64,000 nt of DNA. It comes from Mobula hypostoma (Eukaryota). Below, one piece after another: positions 1-12,938 of this stretch. A program made the translations under genes and the position numbers. A model generated the notes under the pieces. That model searched no databases and was not told where the DNA came from. It saw nothing but the letters and a program-made list of their open reading frames with translations. Position 1 is the first letter of the stretch; every line of letters begins with the position of its first letter. Where the stretch lies: positions 109,184,001 through 109,248,000 of the forward strand of contig NC_086097.1 in assembly GCF_963921235.1 (NCBI RefSeq), in the 5' to 3' direction.

Positions 1-950
1 GAATTAGGCCATTCAGCCCATCAAGTCTTCTCTGACATTCCCTCATGGCAGATTAATTATTGCTTTCAACTCCATTCTCCGGCCTCGTAATCATTGAATA
101 TAGAATTTATCAACCTCCATTTTATGTATACAGCACTCAATAACTCCATAGCCATTTGTGGCAATGAATTCCACAGATTCACCACACACTGGATAAAGAA
201 ATTCCTCCTAATCTCTGTTCTAAAGGGACATCCTTTAATTTGGAGACTGTGACCTCTGGTCCTAGAGTCCCTCACTACAGGAAACATTCTCTCCACATCC
301 ACTTTATCTAGGCCTTTCGACATCTGATAGATTTTAATGAGATCCCCTTTATTCTTCCAAACTCCAGTGAGTACAGATCCAGAGCCATCCAGCACTCCTC
401 CTACATTAACCCTTTCATTCCTGTGACTATTGCCATGAACCCCCTCTGGACCCTCTCCAATGCAACCACATCCTTTTTTAGATAAGGTGCCCAGAACAAA
501 TGCCCTTCCTTTGGACAACATTGGTGGCGTGGAGAGGGGAGACCTGCAGCATGGGCAACTGCTGGTCCTCCATACAACCGTGCCCAGGCCTGCGCCCTGG
601 AAACCTCCCAAGGCGTAAATCCATGGTCTCGTCAGACTAACAGATGCCCAGAACCGCACATAATACTCCATACATGGTCTGACAAATGACTTATAAAACC
701 TCAGCTTTACATCCTTGTTTTTATATTATTGTCCTCTCAAAATGAATGCTAACATTCCAATTGCTTTCCTTACCTTGGACTTAACTTGCAAGTTCAACTT
801 CGGGGAATCCTGGACGAGGACTCCCAAGTATCTTTGTACCTCTGGTTTCTCAATTTTCTCCCCATTTAGAAAATCGTCCATACATTTATTCCTTCTACCA
901 AAGTGCATGATCATAGACTTCCCTACACTATGTTCCATCTGCCTATTCTT
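1..950 (-). mobile_element. CR1 LINE 3' fragment (RT C-terminal region and 3' UTR), interrupted at 498-644
   Basis: Minus-strand ORFs give CR1 C-terminal motifs (GDLIKIYQMSKGLDKVDVERMFP...SRTRGHSLQIKGCPFRTEIRRNFF; MHFGRRNK...EVQRYLGVLV). Confidence 0.85.
498..644 (+). mobile_element. Short SINE-tail-like insertion in CR1
   Basis: Flanked by 10-bp direct repeat TGCCCAGAAC (488-497, 645-654); CR1 resumes across it; tail CTGCGCC...GGCGTA...CCATGGTC resembles the 3' part of the SINE at 39735-39973. Confidence 0.6.
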
Positions 951-1239
951 CGAGTCTAGGTCTGGTACTGTCACCACTCAGTTTTCTTCACTCCAGGGAA
1001 AACAGTCCAGCTTATCCAGCCTTCCCTTCAATAGTCCAATAATCCTAGTAACATCCTTGTGAATCTCCTCCTGTGTGCACTCTAGATTAATCACATCCTT
1101 GCACAAAATATCCCACCAATGTCCTGTACAGCTGTAACATAATGTCTTGGCTCTTGTACCCATTGCCCAAAGCAATGAAGGCAAGCACAACACATCCTTT
1201 TTGCAACACCCTGTCTACCTCTTTAGGGAGCTATTTACT

Positions 1240-2165
1240 TGCACCCCTAGGTCTTTCTGAGCTACAACACTCCCCCACAGACATTTTACTTACTGCTGGG
1301 AAGTCCAGCGTAGCAAATGGTGAGTCAGCATGGCTTTACTTATGGAGGTGTTTGAATTGGAGGATGTTGGCGTTGGTGTACCTATTGTTCCGGTTTTAAG
1401 TATTTTGTGCTAATAATATTGGTGGTATCCTTCCAATGCCTTGAGATGGCTGGGATAATGAGATCTCATAAGCATGGTGGCATGGGTTCTGTGCCAGGTC
1501 TGAAGATTGATCTGCAAATATCCATTCCTTCAGTTGACCAAAGGCCCTACCATCAGAATGAAGTCATCAGTCATAAAGTCTTATTCCCCTCGCCATAAGA
1601 TGCCTCCCATGACATGGGAGCAGGAGATTGTTCTTTGATGTCTCATCGTGAATCTTACTGGAGGATAGTGTGGTGAAATGAGGGCAGATTAGTGAAGGTT
1701 TTTCAGATGTTGAAAGATTGGTGAGTGATTTGGTGCTGTCTTAGGATTTGGCCTTTGAGATTGAATGAGTTTGTAACTCAATAGCATAATTTGGGCCTGG
1801 ACTGTAGTCACCATAGACGGAACAATTTTTCCATTAGTTCTGAAAAATAGCTTCACTCCCAATGGAAGTTTGGGAGATGTTTGGTATAACATTTTGGCAA
1901 GGAATACAGAGACAATGACCCTGGTGCAGCTTTTTCTAATGCCAGTCTTCACTGCAATCTGCTCTGTTTTACACCCAATCATTCACATCATGGTTTGCAT
2001 GTCACTATGGAGCAACACGAGTTGGTGATGAATTTCCATGGGCAGGTCAATTTAAGGAGGGTGTTTCACAGTCTCTCAAGACGAAAGTTGTTCAGAACAT
2101 TAATGAGGTCAAAATCAGCCATGTTTAGCGGCTTCTGCTGCTCGCTGCATTTTTCATGAAGTTGT
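1240..2165 (-). mobile_element. Old RTE/BovB-like LINE RT remnant (probably continues at 2430-2720 and 3330-3500)
   Basis: Decayed minus-strand peptides EKCSEQQKPL and IAVKTGIRKSC...FLAKML..TSPKLPLGVKLFFRTNGKI match the RTE-clade RT pattern (EKCREQ..PL; VKTGVKQGC; GV.L.YRT.GKLF). Confidence 0.6.
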
Positions 2166-2721
2166 TACACAGTGAAAGTCCAAAGTCAGTTTATTATCTA
2201 AGTACGTATGTCACAATATACTACCTTGAGATTCATTTTATTGTGGGATTCACAGCAGGACAAAGGAATATAATAGAATCAGTGAAAAACTACAGACAAA
2301 GACTGACTCACAACCAATGTGCAAAAGAAGAAAAACAGTGTAAATAAAAATAATAAATAAATAATGCTGAGTACACATGTTGTAGAGTACTTGAAGTGAG
2401 TCCGTAAGTTATGGAATCAGATCAGAGGCAGGGATTGTATCACCTAGTGGAATATCACGTCTGCGCGTCCTTCATCTTTACTTGGATTTGCGGTTTGGGC
2501 GGCAGCCCTTTGTCTACTGGGTGGAGGAAGTAAAGGAGGACTCTGGTGAAGATTTTCCTTGCGGAAGATAGTTAAGGAAATACTATAACAGATGTGACTT
2601 CATTTCTTGTAGTGGTCACTACTACAACATCTTTGTATATGATCTTGTGGATTTGTGACTAAAGCTCTTCATTAGCAAAATTTAGGATTTTGTTAGAGAA
2701 GCTATCTGCTCTTGTGGCCGA

Positions 2722-3327
2722 GAAACATAGAGAACTTACAGCACAATACAGGCCCTTCGGCCCACAAAGCTGTGCCGAACATGTCCCTACCTTAGAAATT
2801 ACCTAGGGTTACCCATAGCCCTCTATTTTTCTAAGCTCCATGTACCTATCCAGGAGTCTCTTAAAAGACCCTATCATATCCGCCTTCACCACCGTCACCA
2901 GCAGCCCATTCCACATACTCATCACTGTCTGCGTATTAAAAAAAAACTTATCCCTGACATCTCCTCTGTACCTACTTCTAAGCACCTTAAAACTGTGCCC
3001 TTTCGTGCTAGCCATTCTAGCCCTGGGAAAAAGCCTCTGACTATCCACACGATCAATGCCTCTCATCATCTTGTACACCTCTATCAGGTCACCTCTCATC
3101 CTCTGCCGTTCCAAGGAGAAAATGTGGAGTTCACTCAACCTATTCTCTTAAGGCATGCTCCCCAATCCAGGCAACATCCTTGTAAATCTCCTCTGCACCC
3201 TTTCTATGGCTTCCACATCCTTCCTGTAGTGAGGTGACCAGAACTGAGCACAGTACTCCTAGTGGGGTCTGACCAGGGTCCTATATAGCTGCAACATTAT
3301 CTCTCGGCTCCTAAACTCAATCCCACA
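2722..3327 (-). mobile_element. CR1 LINE 3' fragment
   Basis: ORF 2809-3138 FSLERQRMRGDLIEVYKMMRGIDRVDSQRLFP...GHSFKV, followed by the CR1 3' UTR ending in a TTTCTATG-like tail. Confidence 0.85.
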
Positions 3328-3514
3328 ATCCCTTGTTATTTTTGACTTGGGATATGGCTTTGAATCATACCTTTAGGTTAGGGGTGGCAACCTGTGGCTC
3401 CAGGAGTTAAAAGATTAAAACATAGACTGAGAAAATCTTCCTTAAGGAATCCTTGATATCTGTTGTCGGGCTCAGGCAATGGACTGGATTAGGCATGGTC
3501 ATTCCAGCAGACCT

Positions 3515-3670
3515 TTGTGTTGTGTTTTTAATATTTCAGTAATATTTGAGCAATATTATAAATATTTTGTTTGATTAAACTTTCTTTGTTGTTTATCTAA
3601 TTCATTATGTTTATATGTAAAAATACATGACTTGCATACATCATGACATGACATCAGTCCTGTGTCACTC
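3515..3670. mobile_element. Possible LTR fragment
   Basis: AT-rich block beginning TGTTGTG, similar to a Gypsy-type LTR start; recognised by resemblance only. Confidence 0.3.
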
Positions 3671-4129
3671 TCATCCTATGAGATCCTGGTTGAGATGAAT
3701 GTATTTAACCTATCTCTTTGCCTTAGAGATAATCCAATCCTGAATGTCAGGCTCTTCACAGAAATAGTTAATTAAGTCTCAACAACTCCTTTTATGGTGG
3801 AGCTGCACTGATGTTGTCCCTCTGCCAATAGCAGTATGTCAGATGATGTGGCTGGCAAAGAAAACACTCAAAATAAATTTTGTATTTCTTAAACATTATA
3901 AATGCTCAGATCACTTAAAATATACAGGGATAGAGTGATCTTTTACAGCCCTCAAAGACCTTAAATTTAATTAGTTATCCTAGTTTGCTATTCAATATGT
4001 GAGATTGCAGGACCCACGTTTTCATCCATCTGAAATGTTCTGGCCAGGTTCACTTTTGTTGCAGGAAACTCGGGCTTCACTTCTCCTTCTGCAGTAATTG
4101 TCCCTGGATTGTCACTGCCAATCATTGAG

Positions 4130-4344
4130 GGTTACTGCATGGAAATAGGCCTGCTGGCCAGGTGAGTCTGCACCCTCCATTTTTATATTAATCCTGCATT
4201 AATCCTATTTTTTATCCTTTTCACACTCTCCAACTACCCTCTAGAATCTACCACTCACATACACCCTCAGGGAAATTTACAGTGACGATTCACTTACCAA
4301 CCATCTGTCTTTGGGCTGCGAGAGAAAATCAAAGCACCTGGGGA
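4130..4344 (-). mobile_element. HE1-like V-SINE fragment
   Basis: GGAAATTTACAGTGACGATTCACTTACCAACC...TCTTTGGGCTGCGAGAGAAAATCAAAGCACCTGG aligns with the SINE copies at 37364-37590 and 59732-60012. Confidence 0.55.
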
Positions 4345-5120
4345 GCATTTAATACCATTATTCCCACAGTCCTGATAACAAAGTTGCAGAACCTAGGCCT
4401 CTGTACTTCCCTCTGCAATTGGATCGGCGACTTCCTAACCAGAAGTGCGGATTAGTGATAACATATCCTCCTCACTGATGATCAACACTGGTGCACCTCA
4501 GGGGTGTGTGCTTAGCCCACTGCTCTACTCTCTATATACACATGACTGTGTGGCTAGGCATAGCTCAAGTACCATCTATAAATTTGCTGATGATACAACC
4601 ATTGTTGGTAGAATGTAGGGTAGTGACGAGAGGGTGTACAGGAGTGAGATATGCCAACTAGTGGGGTGGTGCCGCAGCAACGACCTGGCACTCAACGTCA
4701 GTAAAACGAAAGAGCTGATTGTGGATTTCAGGAAGGGTAATATGAAGGAACATGTGCCAATCCTCAGAGGGATCAGAAGTGGAGAGAGTGAGCAGTTTCA
4801 AGTTCCTGGGTGTCAAGATCTCTGAGGATCTAACCTGGTCCTAACATACTGATGTAGTCATAAAGAAGGCAAGACAAACAACAGGAATTCTGCAGATGCT
4901 GGAAATTCAAGCAACTTTGATGTGTTTTGCAAGAAGGCAAGACAACAGTGTTTCATGTAGATGTGCTCAATGGTTGGAAGGGCTTCACCCATGATGTACT
5001 GGGCCAAATCCACTACTTGTTGTAGCATTTTCGATTCAAGGGTATTGGTGGTCTTATACCAGGCCATGATGCAGCCAGTCAGTACACTGTCCACTACAAC
5101 CTATAGAAGTTTGTCGAAGT
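4345..5120 (+). mobile_element. Rex1/Babar-like LINE RT fragment; 4946-5120 is inverted
   Basis: AFNTIIP...NTGAPQGCVLSPLLYSLYTHDCVA...KFADDTTIVG...LALNVSKTKELIVDFRK on +; the downstream part (SVLTGCIMAWY...LPTIEHIY) lies on -. Confidence 0.85.
4878..4930. mobile_element. 53-bp Penelope-end micro-insertion
   Basis: 15-bp TSD AAGAAGGCAAGACAA (4863-4877, 4931-4945); content matches the terminus of the element at 12270-13035 in both orientations. Confidence 0.8.
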
Positions 5121-6090
5121 ACTTCTGGTAGGATGGCAGTGGATGCGAATGCTGTAGCCTCTTGGGGGTACCAACCAACTTTTCTCCTTGTAAAATTGGA
5201 TTTTATGATTGCAAGACAATTCCAATCATCAGCAGAGCTGGCTGAGGAGTCGAAGGGGTCAGCTGAGGTGTCGGAGAAGGAGCTGGCCAAAGTGTTGAAG
5301 GAGATAGGTTATCGAAGGAGCTGGTCAGGATATTGGAGGGGCCTGGTTGAGTTTGGAGCAGCTAACCTGGCTGCAGACCGTGTTGCTGCCTGCTATCTGG
5401 AACCATTGGAACTGGTGCAGTATAACTGTGGGACATTGCCTTGGATATTTCACTTGTGATCGCAAGACTCTGTTGGACAGTGATAATGTCAGTTGCCGAA
5501 GGCCTGTTACCCTTGTTTGGTGGAGGGGCAGTTGACATGGGGGCTGTGTAGCCACAATTGTAGTGAGAATTAGGCCTCAACCCTCGGGCTTGTCTGCTGC
5601 TGCAGACCAGGTGAGAGACATGAAAGAGCTACAGCATGGTGAGCTTGGCTGGGGCCTGGCCTCGCCCATCTGTGCTGCCCTCCCATGTTTGAGCAGTAGA
5701 ATGACAGGCTGGATTGCGCGCGTCTGTGCACTGCCAGGAGTCTGCACCATCAATTGATGGACATTGTTGCTCAGGGTCTTTTTATTTTTTTATTAAGTGC
5801 AATCGTGAACAATAGCCAGATCAGAAATGCTGATCAAGTCAACTAGTTCCCAAAGAGAACTCTGATAGGCCAATCAGGTGGATCACTGCTGCTCAGCGAT
5901 AGAACACAAAAAACGCATGTACAATTAAGAAACATCTTAGACTATATATGTTTTTTGTGTGAATGTTTCTTGGCTCAATATTCTGAATTATGTCACTCAT
6001 TTTTTTTTAAACGTTTGCTTCTATTTTGAATGTTTTGCACATTGGCCTCAGAGGAAACTGTCTTGTTCTGCTGTATCTATGTATGGTTTG

Positions 6091-7589
6091 AATAGAAACA
6101 TAGAAAATAGGTGCAGGAGTAGGCCATTCGGCCCTTCAAGCCTGCACCGCCATTTATTATGATCATGGCTGATCATCCAACTCAGAACCCCGCCCCAGCC
6201 TTCCCTCCATACCCCCTGACCCCCGTAGCCACAAGGGCCATATCTAACTCCCTCTTAAATATAGCCAATGAACTGGCCTCAACTGTTTCCTGTGGCAGAG
6301 AATTTCACAGATTCACCACTCTCTGTGTGAAGAAGTTTTTCCTAATCTCGGTCCTAAAAGGCTTCCCCTTTATCCTCAAACTGTGGCCCCTTGTTCTGGA
6401 CTTCCCCAACATCGGGAACAATCTTCCTGCATCTAGCCTGTCCAATCCCTTTAGGATTTTATATGTTTCAATCAGATCCCCCCTCAATCTTCTAAATTCC
6501 AATGAGTACAAGCCCAGTTCATCTAGTCTTTCTTCATATGAAAGTCCTGCCAACCCAGGAATCAATCTGGTGAACCTTCTTTGTACTCCCTCTATGGCAA
6601 GGATGTCTTTCCTCAGATTAGGGGACCAAAACTACACACAATACTCCACGTGTGGTCTCACCAAGGCCTTGTACAACTGCAGTAGTACCTCCCTGCTCCT
6701 GTACTCGAATTCTCTCGCTATAAATGCCAGCATACCATTCGCCTTTTTCACCGCCTGCTGTACCTGCATGCCCACTTTCAATGACTGGTGTATAATGACA
6801 CCCAGGTCTCGTTGCACCTCCCCTTTTCCTAATCGGCCACCATTAAGATAATAATCTGTTTTCCTATTTTTGCCACCAAAGTGGATAACTTCACATTTAT
6901 CCACATTAAATTGCATCTGCCATGAATTTGCCCACTCACCCAACCTATCCAAGTCACTCTGCATCCTCTTAGCATCCTCCTCACTGCTAACACTGCCACC
7001 CAGCTTCGCGTCATCCGCAAACTTGGAGATGCTGCATTTAATTCCCTCATCCAAGTCATTAATATATATTGTAAACAACTGGGGTCCCAGCACTGAGCCT
7101 TGCGGTACCCTACTAGTCACTGCCTGCCATTCTGAAAAGGTCCCGTTAATTCCCACTCTTTGCTTCCTGTCTGCCAACCAATTCTCTATCCACATCAATA
7201 CCTTACCCCCAATACCGTGTGCTTTAAGTTTGCAAACTAATCTCCTGTGTGGGACCTTGTCAAAAGCCTTTTGAAAATCCAAACATACCACATCCAATGG
7301 TTCGCCCCTATCCACTCTACTAGTTACATCCTCAAAAAATTCTATGAGATTCGTCAGACATGATTTCCCTTTCACAAGTCCATGCTGACTTTGTCCGATG
7401 ATTTCACCGCTTTCCAAATGTGCTGTTATCACATCTTTGATAACTGACTCCAGCAGTTTCCCCACCACCGACGTTAGGCTTACCGGTCTATAATTCCCCG
7501 GTTTCTCTCTCTCTCCTTTTTTAAAAAGTGGGGTTACATTAGCCACCCTCCAATCCTCAGGAACTAGTCCAGAATCTAACGAGTTTTGA
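6091..7589 (-). mobile_element. Young 5'-truncated CR1 LINE (RT domain and 3' UTR)
   Basis: ORF 6632-7651 has [33 protein letters not shown]; one premature stop at 6632-6634; near-identical to the corresponding parts of the copies at 18835-23327 and 35214-37363. Confidence 0.95.
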
Positions 7590-7629
7590 TAAATTAAATT
7601 AATGATAATTAAACTTGATTTGATTTGAT

Positions 7630-9870
7630 TTTTGGAAGTTTTAGATGTCATGCTGAGTTTTTGCAGACTCCTAAGGAAGTAGAGGCATATATGTGCTGGT
7701 TCTATGACAGTTCCTCTGAAATAGTAACATGCAGGAATTTAAATTTGCGCACAATCTCCACCTCTGATCCTCCCATGAGGACTGGCTCATGGACCTCTGG
7801 TTTCTGTCTCCTAAGTCTACAATCAGTTCTGTCTGTGGTCTTGCTGACATTAAGTGAGAGGTTGTTGCTATGACATCATTCAGCCAAATATGAAATCTCC
7901 CTCCTGTAAGCCGCCGCCATCTTTGATACAGCCCACGACAGTGGTGTCGTCAGCAAACTTGGATATGGCATTGGAGCTGTGCTTAGCCACACAATCATAG
8001 GTGTTAAACGAGTAGAGCAGGGGGCTATGCACACAGCCTTGTGGTGCACCTGTGCTGATGGAGATTGTGGAGGAGATGTTGGTGCCAAACCAAACTGACT
8101 GGGTCTACAAGTGAAGGTACCCAGGAACTAATTGCACAAGAGTTATTGAGGCCAAGGTCTTGGAGCTTATTGATTAGTTTTGAAGGGATGATAATATTGA
8201 ATGCTGAACTGTAGTTGATAAAGAGCATCTCTGCTGTCCAGATGTTCCAGGGTTGAGTGGAGAGCCGGTGAGATGGCACCTGCTATGGACCCATTGTTTT
8301 GGTCGGCAAATTGGAGCATTTTGCTCCAAGTCAACTCTCAGGCAGGAGCTGACATGTTTCATCACCAGCCTCTCAAAACACTTTATCACTGTGGATGTGA
8401 GTGAAACTGGGCAATAGTCATTGAGACAGGTCACCGTGCTCTTCTTGGGCACTGGTATGATTGAAGCATACTTGAAAGAGATGGATACTGCACACTGCCA
8501 AAGCAAGAGGTTAAAATTCTCAGTGAACACACCAGCCAGTTGGTTAGCACAGGTTTTTAGAACACGGCTAGATACCCCATCTGGTCCAGATGCTTTCCTT
8601 GGATTTACCCTCCTGAATCCAAGGAAGGTGTCATCTTCAGTTACTGAGATCAAATGATCATCAGGAGGTGTCGGGTCGCAATGGTTCGTCCATTTTCTGA
8701 TGGTCAAAGTGAGCATAGAAGGCACTGAACTCATCTGGAAGCAAAGCCCTGCTGCCTTCCATGTCACTTGATTTGATTTTGTAGGAGTTGATAGCATTCA
8801 AGCCCTGCCATAGCTATCTAGCATCCCTCCTTGAGTTTGGTCCAGAATCATCGCTTCACCTGTAAGATGGCTTTCTGGAGATCATGCCTGCACCTCTTGT
8901 AGCTTTCTTGGTCTCCAGATTTGAATGCCCCTGATCTGACCCTAAGCAAACTTCGGGTCTCATGGTTTATCCAGGGCTTCTGACTGGGGAAAACTCTGAA
9001 TGATTTCGTGGGGAAGCACTCACCTATAGCGGTTTAATAAAATTTGTCACAACCATGATGTATTCATTCAGATCTCCAGAAGAGAGCTTGAACATGGCCC
9101 AGTCCACTGACTCAAAGCAATGCTGTAACTGTTTCTCTGCCTCCCGCGAACAGCTTAGTTGTCCTCATCTCTGGAGACAGCTAAGTGATCCGATTTACCA
9201 AACTACACTCTTGGCAAGGAACGGTAGGCATTCCTTATCTTAGTATAACAGTGGTCCAGTGTGTTGGGACCTCTGGTGCTACAGGTTACGTGCTGATGGT
9301 AATTGGTCAGGGTTTTCTTGAAACACGCCTGGCTGAAGTCTCTCCGATTTGAAAGGCGTCGGGATGGCTGTTTCTTGTCTGCAGGCGACATCATGCAGTG
9401 TCACGAGTGCTTGCTTATAGTCGGCTACTGGTAGTATATAAGCTGCGGTCAGGATCACATATGAAAACTCCTGAGACAAACAGAATAACCTACATTTGAT
9501 CGCTAAATGTTCCAAGTCAAGGGAATATGAGTTTGACAGAACTGCCACGTCTGAGCATCAATTGACCATAAAGCACACACGTCCTCCCTTTGCCTAAGCT
9601 GAGTCTACAGTTTGGTCCACTCAGTAAATCATAAATCCTTCTGGTCTGACTGCAGCATCCAGTGTATTCACAGATAACCAAGTCTCAGTACAGCAAACAA
9701 TTGAGATCTGCCTCCAGCAGCCTTGCCCTCAGATCTTCAGTTTGGTTCTCAAACGACTGCACATTCACCAACATGATGCTGGGTAGTGGAAACCTCATAC
9801 CTCAGTGTTTCAGGTTGGCTTGGATATCTCCCCCACCTGCTTTCAGCCATGGCGATGAGCCTTAAAGACG
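7630..9870 (-). mobile_element. Degenerate Rex1/Babar-like LINE (APE endonuclease and RT)
   Basis: LEHLAIKCRLF...VILTAAYI, TCSTRGPNTLDHCYT (APE); VNPRKASGPDGV, CLNDYCPVSLTS, YSSAFNIIIP (RT); frameshifted. Confidence 0.85.
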
Positions 9871-10134
9871 CCATGCCTGACTGGTCCAGGTTCTTCAATC
9901 AATCATGAGATCTGAAGATCATTGATGTGATTTAAAAGTCAATTGTTAATAAGAAATGTACATGCTGCCGATTGCAGCAAAAGTAATTCAAAAGAAATAT
10001 ATTTAAGAGGAACTTTGGAACAATTTTCTGCAGCCCACAGAAAGTTGCGATGATCTCTTGCTAGTGTCTTCCCACTTTCATTGCTTCCCCCTGATTTTGA
10101 ATGTTATCAAAACACATTATCTTTATCTCTTTAG

Positions 10135-10300
10135 TGTGTAAAAAAAACCTGCTGGAGAAACTCAGTGCATTAAGTAGCATCCATGGAGGCAAAGGGATAG
10201 TTGGCATTTTCGTTGAGACCCTACATCTGAACTGAGAGTGTGAAGGGGACATGGCTGGTATGAAGAGGTGAGACCAGGTAGGAGCTGGCAAGTGAGAAGT
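10135..10300 (-). mobile_element. Penelope-like 3' end relic with decayed hammerhead
   Basis: Reverse complement reads CAGTTCAGATGTAGGGTCTCAACGAAAATGCCAACTA...GATGCTACTTAATGCACTGAGTTTCTCCAGC, homologous to 12897-13035. Confidence 0.6.
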
Positions 10301-10553
10301 GGAGTTTAATTCCCTCACACCTTAAAGCCTTTCCCTCCAGTATGTCCTGTCAATGCCTGTCATAATTGATATAAACTTCTTTCATATTGTGCCTCAGACT
10401 CTGATGCTCCAAAGCAAAGAATCCAAGTTTATCCAGCTTCTCCTTTTACCTGATTCTCTAATCCAGGCAACCTTCAGCTCCACCTCTTCTGTACTCTCTC
10501 CATATCCTTCCTTTAATGCAGTGACCAGAACTGAAATGATGCAAAAGTGGCCT

Positions 10554-10924
10554 GGAAGTGCCCATTACCCTGCTGTTGTTTAGAGCAGCAACGAAAGTCT
10601 GCCATCTCTTGTGGTGTTCAGGGCTTCCTTCATCATGTCAGTAGCTTCCTCTTGGTTTCCAGTCATGCAAGTCCCAAGTGGAGACCCCGCAAAACCATTG
10701 CACTCTGATGTATAAGGTTTCTTTATTGTTGTTTCTGCAACAATTTTGTTTTACCAGTCAGGGTTATGAGCAGAATCCCCAAATCTGGTGGACGACTCTT
10801 AGTCTGGCCTCTGCACTTTGACCTAGGTGACCCTACCAAGAGCCAAAGTACAAGGCCCAGCCTCCAGGTCATTAAGGCAAGCAAGCCTCCAAACCCTACG
10901 AGAAGGTTATGATCCTCTTGGAGG
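10554..10924 (-). mobile_element. Non-autonomous bipartite RTE-derived element (5' UTR fused to 3' end), copy A
   Basis: 11-bp TSD AAAAGTGGCCT (10543-10553, 10925-10935) inside a CR1 relic; aligns end to end with 37895-38325; 3' end AGAGATGGCAGACTTTCGTTGCTGCTCTA is RTE-like. Confidence 0.75.
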
Positions 10925-11920
10925 AAAAGTGGCCTACCAGTATTTACATAGCTGCAACATGATTTCCCAACTTTTATACTCAACACTCTGACTAATAAAG
11001 GCAAGTATGCCACCATGTGTTGTCATTTCAGGGAGTTATGGATTTGTACCCTAAGATCCCTCTATACAGCAATGTTCTTAATGACTGCTATTTACTGCGG
11101 ACTTTCCTTTGTATTTGATTTTGCAAAGTGCAGCACCTCACACTTTTCCAGATTAAACTCTAGCTGCCATTCGTCTGCCCAAACTTTCTCTGCCTACATT
11201 GTGCTGCGGCATTTGACCGCTTTCCTCTCTATCCACAACTCTGGCATTTTTGTGTTGTCTGCAAACTTACTAATCAGCTGAACTACACTTTTGTCCAGAT
11301 CATTTCCTTCATGGATCCCGTTTGCTTTAATCAACATCCTGGAAGGGACCTTGCTGAAAGCCTTATTTTTGTCCCTACATCTGCAACCTTGCCCTCGTTG
11401 ATCATCTTTGTCACCTCCTCAGAAAACTCAATCAAGTTGTTGGGCACGAGTTCCCTCACATAAAATCCTGCTGACTACCCCAAATATGTCTGAACTTTTC
11501 CAGGTATGAGAACATTTTAGACGGTTTGATAATGTCATTTCGGCATACTAGTCTTTGATGAGCTTATACACTGTTGAAATTGAGTTGACCATCCTTGATA
11601 CAAGTTGACTGCCAAAAGATCTCTGTTCCTGACAGCTCCATACACAAATCCTGGAATGTTGTTCATCTTCAGTTCTCTGTTCAGAAATCACCACGGGGAA
11701 AATCTTGTTAGCCTTGGGACTACAACTGTTGATCTCATCCAGTCTACTGCACCTTTACCAGCAATACATATTCTGTCTTCTTTAGGTCTTCCTCTTATGG
11801 GCACAGGGCACTGAGTTATATTGGTTTTGCACTTTTTCCAAATGTGAGCTTTATGACTTTCAATGCTGCTGAAAGAATCCTTCAATATGTATTGCATCAA
11901 AATCTTGTTGAGACCAGGAT

Positions 11921-11960
11921 AACCAATTTCCCCCAGGATTAATAAAGTATGACTATGACT
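11921..11960 (+). mobile_element. 40-bp extreme 3' tail of the Rex1-like family at 18271-23512
   Basis: AACCAATTTCCCCCAGGATTAATAAAGTATGACTATGACT matches 23472-23512. Confidence 0.7.
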
Positions 11961-12355
11961 GTACCTTTTACTTGGACTACATATCTGTGTCAATTCGAGC
12001 CTGAGTGTTTTGAGCCAGTCTGCTCAGAGCAGCTGGTCTGTGGGGGTTTGACTGGCCAAGATCACTGGCAGTTACTTTGCTGACCCTGACGAAGAACAGT
12101 ACATTGGTCTCACGGTGCCTGAAGTGCTTCATTAGAATACATGTCTGGTACTTGTTGCTGCTGGTTAAAGTTGGATTTTTGACTGTGCTTGTCTCATCAA
12201 CCCTTTTGTGCTTGCTTTAGAGAGTTACATCTTTGACATTTGGTTACTGCTGGTGTCTATTTTCATTTTACACACATCAAAGTTGGATCATGGGACAGGA
12301 GGTCCGGGAAGAAAGACGGGGGGGGGGGAGGGTGACCCAGAGGATGGGCAAGAGG

Positions 12356-12610
12356 TATATTGGTGAGACCCGACGCAGACTGGGAGACCGCTTTGCTGAA
12401 CATCTACGCTCTGTCCGCCAGAGAAAGCAGGATCTCCCAGTGGCCACACATTTTAATTCCACATCCCATTCCCATTCTGACATGTCTATCCATGGCCTCC
12501 TCTACTGTAAAGATGAAGCCACACTCAGGTTGGAGGAACAACACCTTATATTCCGTCTGGGTAGCCTCCAACCTGATGGCATGAACATTGACTTCTCTAA
12601 CTTCCGCTAG
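12356..12610 (+). pseudogene. GIY-YIG endonuclease C-terminal fragment of a Penelope-like element
   Basis: YIGETRRRLGDRFAEHLRSVR...PVATHFN...LEEQHLIFRLGSLQPDGMN: YIG motif, conserved R and E, and terminal G.N motif. Confidence 0.9.
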
Positions 12611-12900
12611 GCCCCACCTCCCCCTCGTACCCCATCTGTTACTCATTTTTATGCACACATTCTTTCTCTCACTCTCCTTTTTCTCCCTCTGTCCCTCTGT
12701 ATATACCTCTTGCCCATCCTCTGGGTCACCCCCCCCGTCTTTCTTCCCGGACCTCCTGTCCCATGATCCTCTCGTATCCCCTTTTGCCCATCACCTGTCC
12801 AGCTCTCGGCTCCATCCCTCCCCCTCCTGTCTTCTCCTATCATTTTGCATCTCCCCCTCCCCCTCCAGCTTTCAAATCCCTTACTCACTCTTCCTTCAGT

Positions 12901-12938
12901 TAGTCCTGACGAAGGGTCTCGGCCTGAAACGTCGACTG
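12901..12938 (+). ncRNA. Minimal type I hammerhead ribozyme motif
   Basis: Helix I AGUC/GACU, core CUGACGA (12906-12912), short helix II (AGG/CCU), GAAA (12926-12929), palindromic ACGU in place of helix III, GUC triplet ending at 12933. Confidence 0.8.

Noticed and set aside
5133..5459. 108-aa ORF
   Set aside because: No recognisable motif or splice context; it lies among LINE fragments and is probably repeat UTR.
11520..12250. Possible Gypsy integrase remnant on the - strand
   Set aside because: Only faint peptide resemblance (HKAHIWKKCK); too decayed to call without a profile search.
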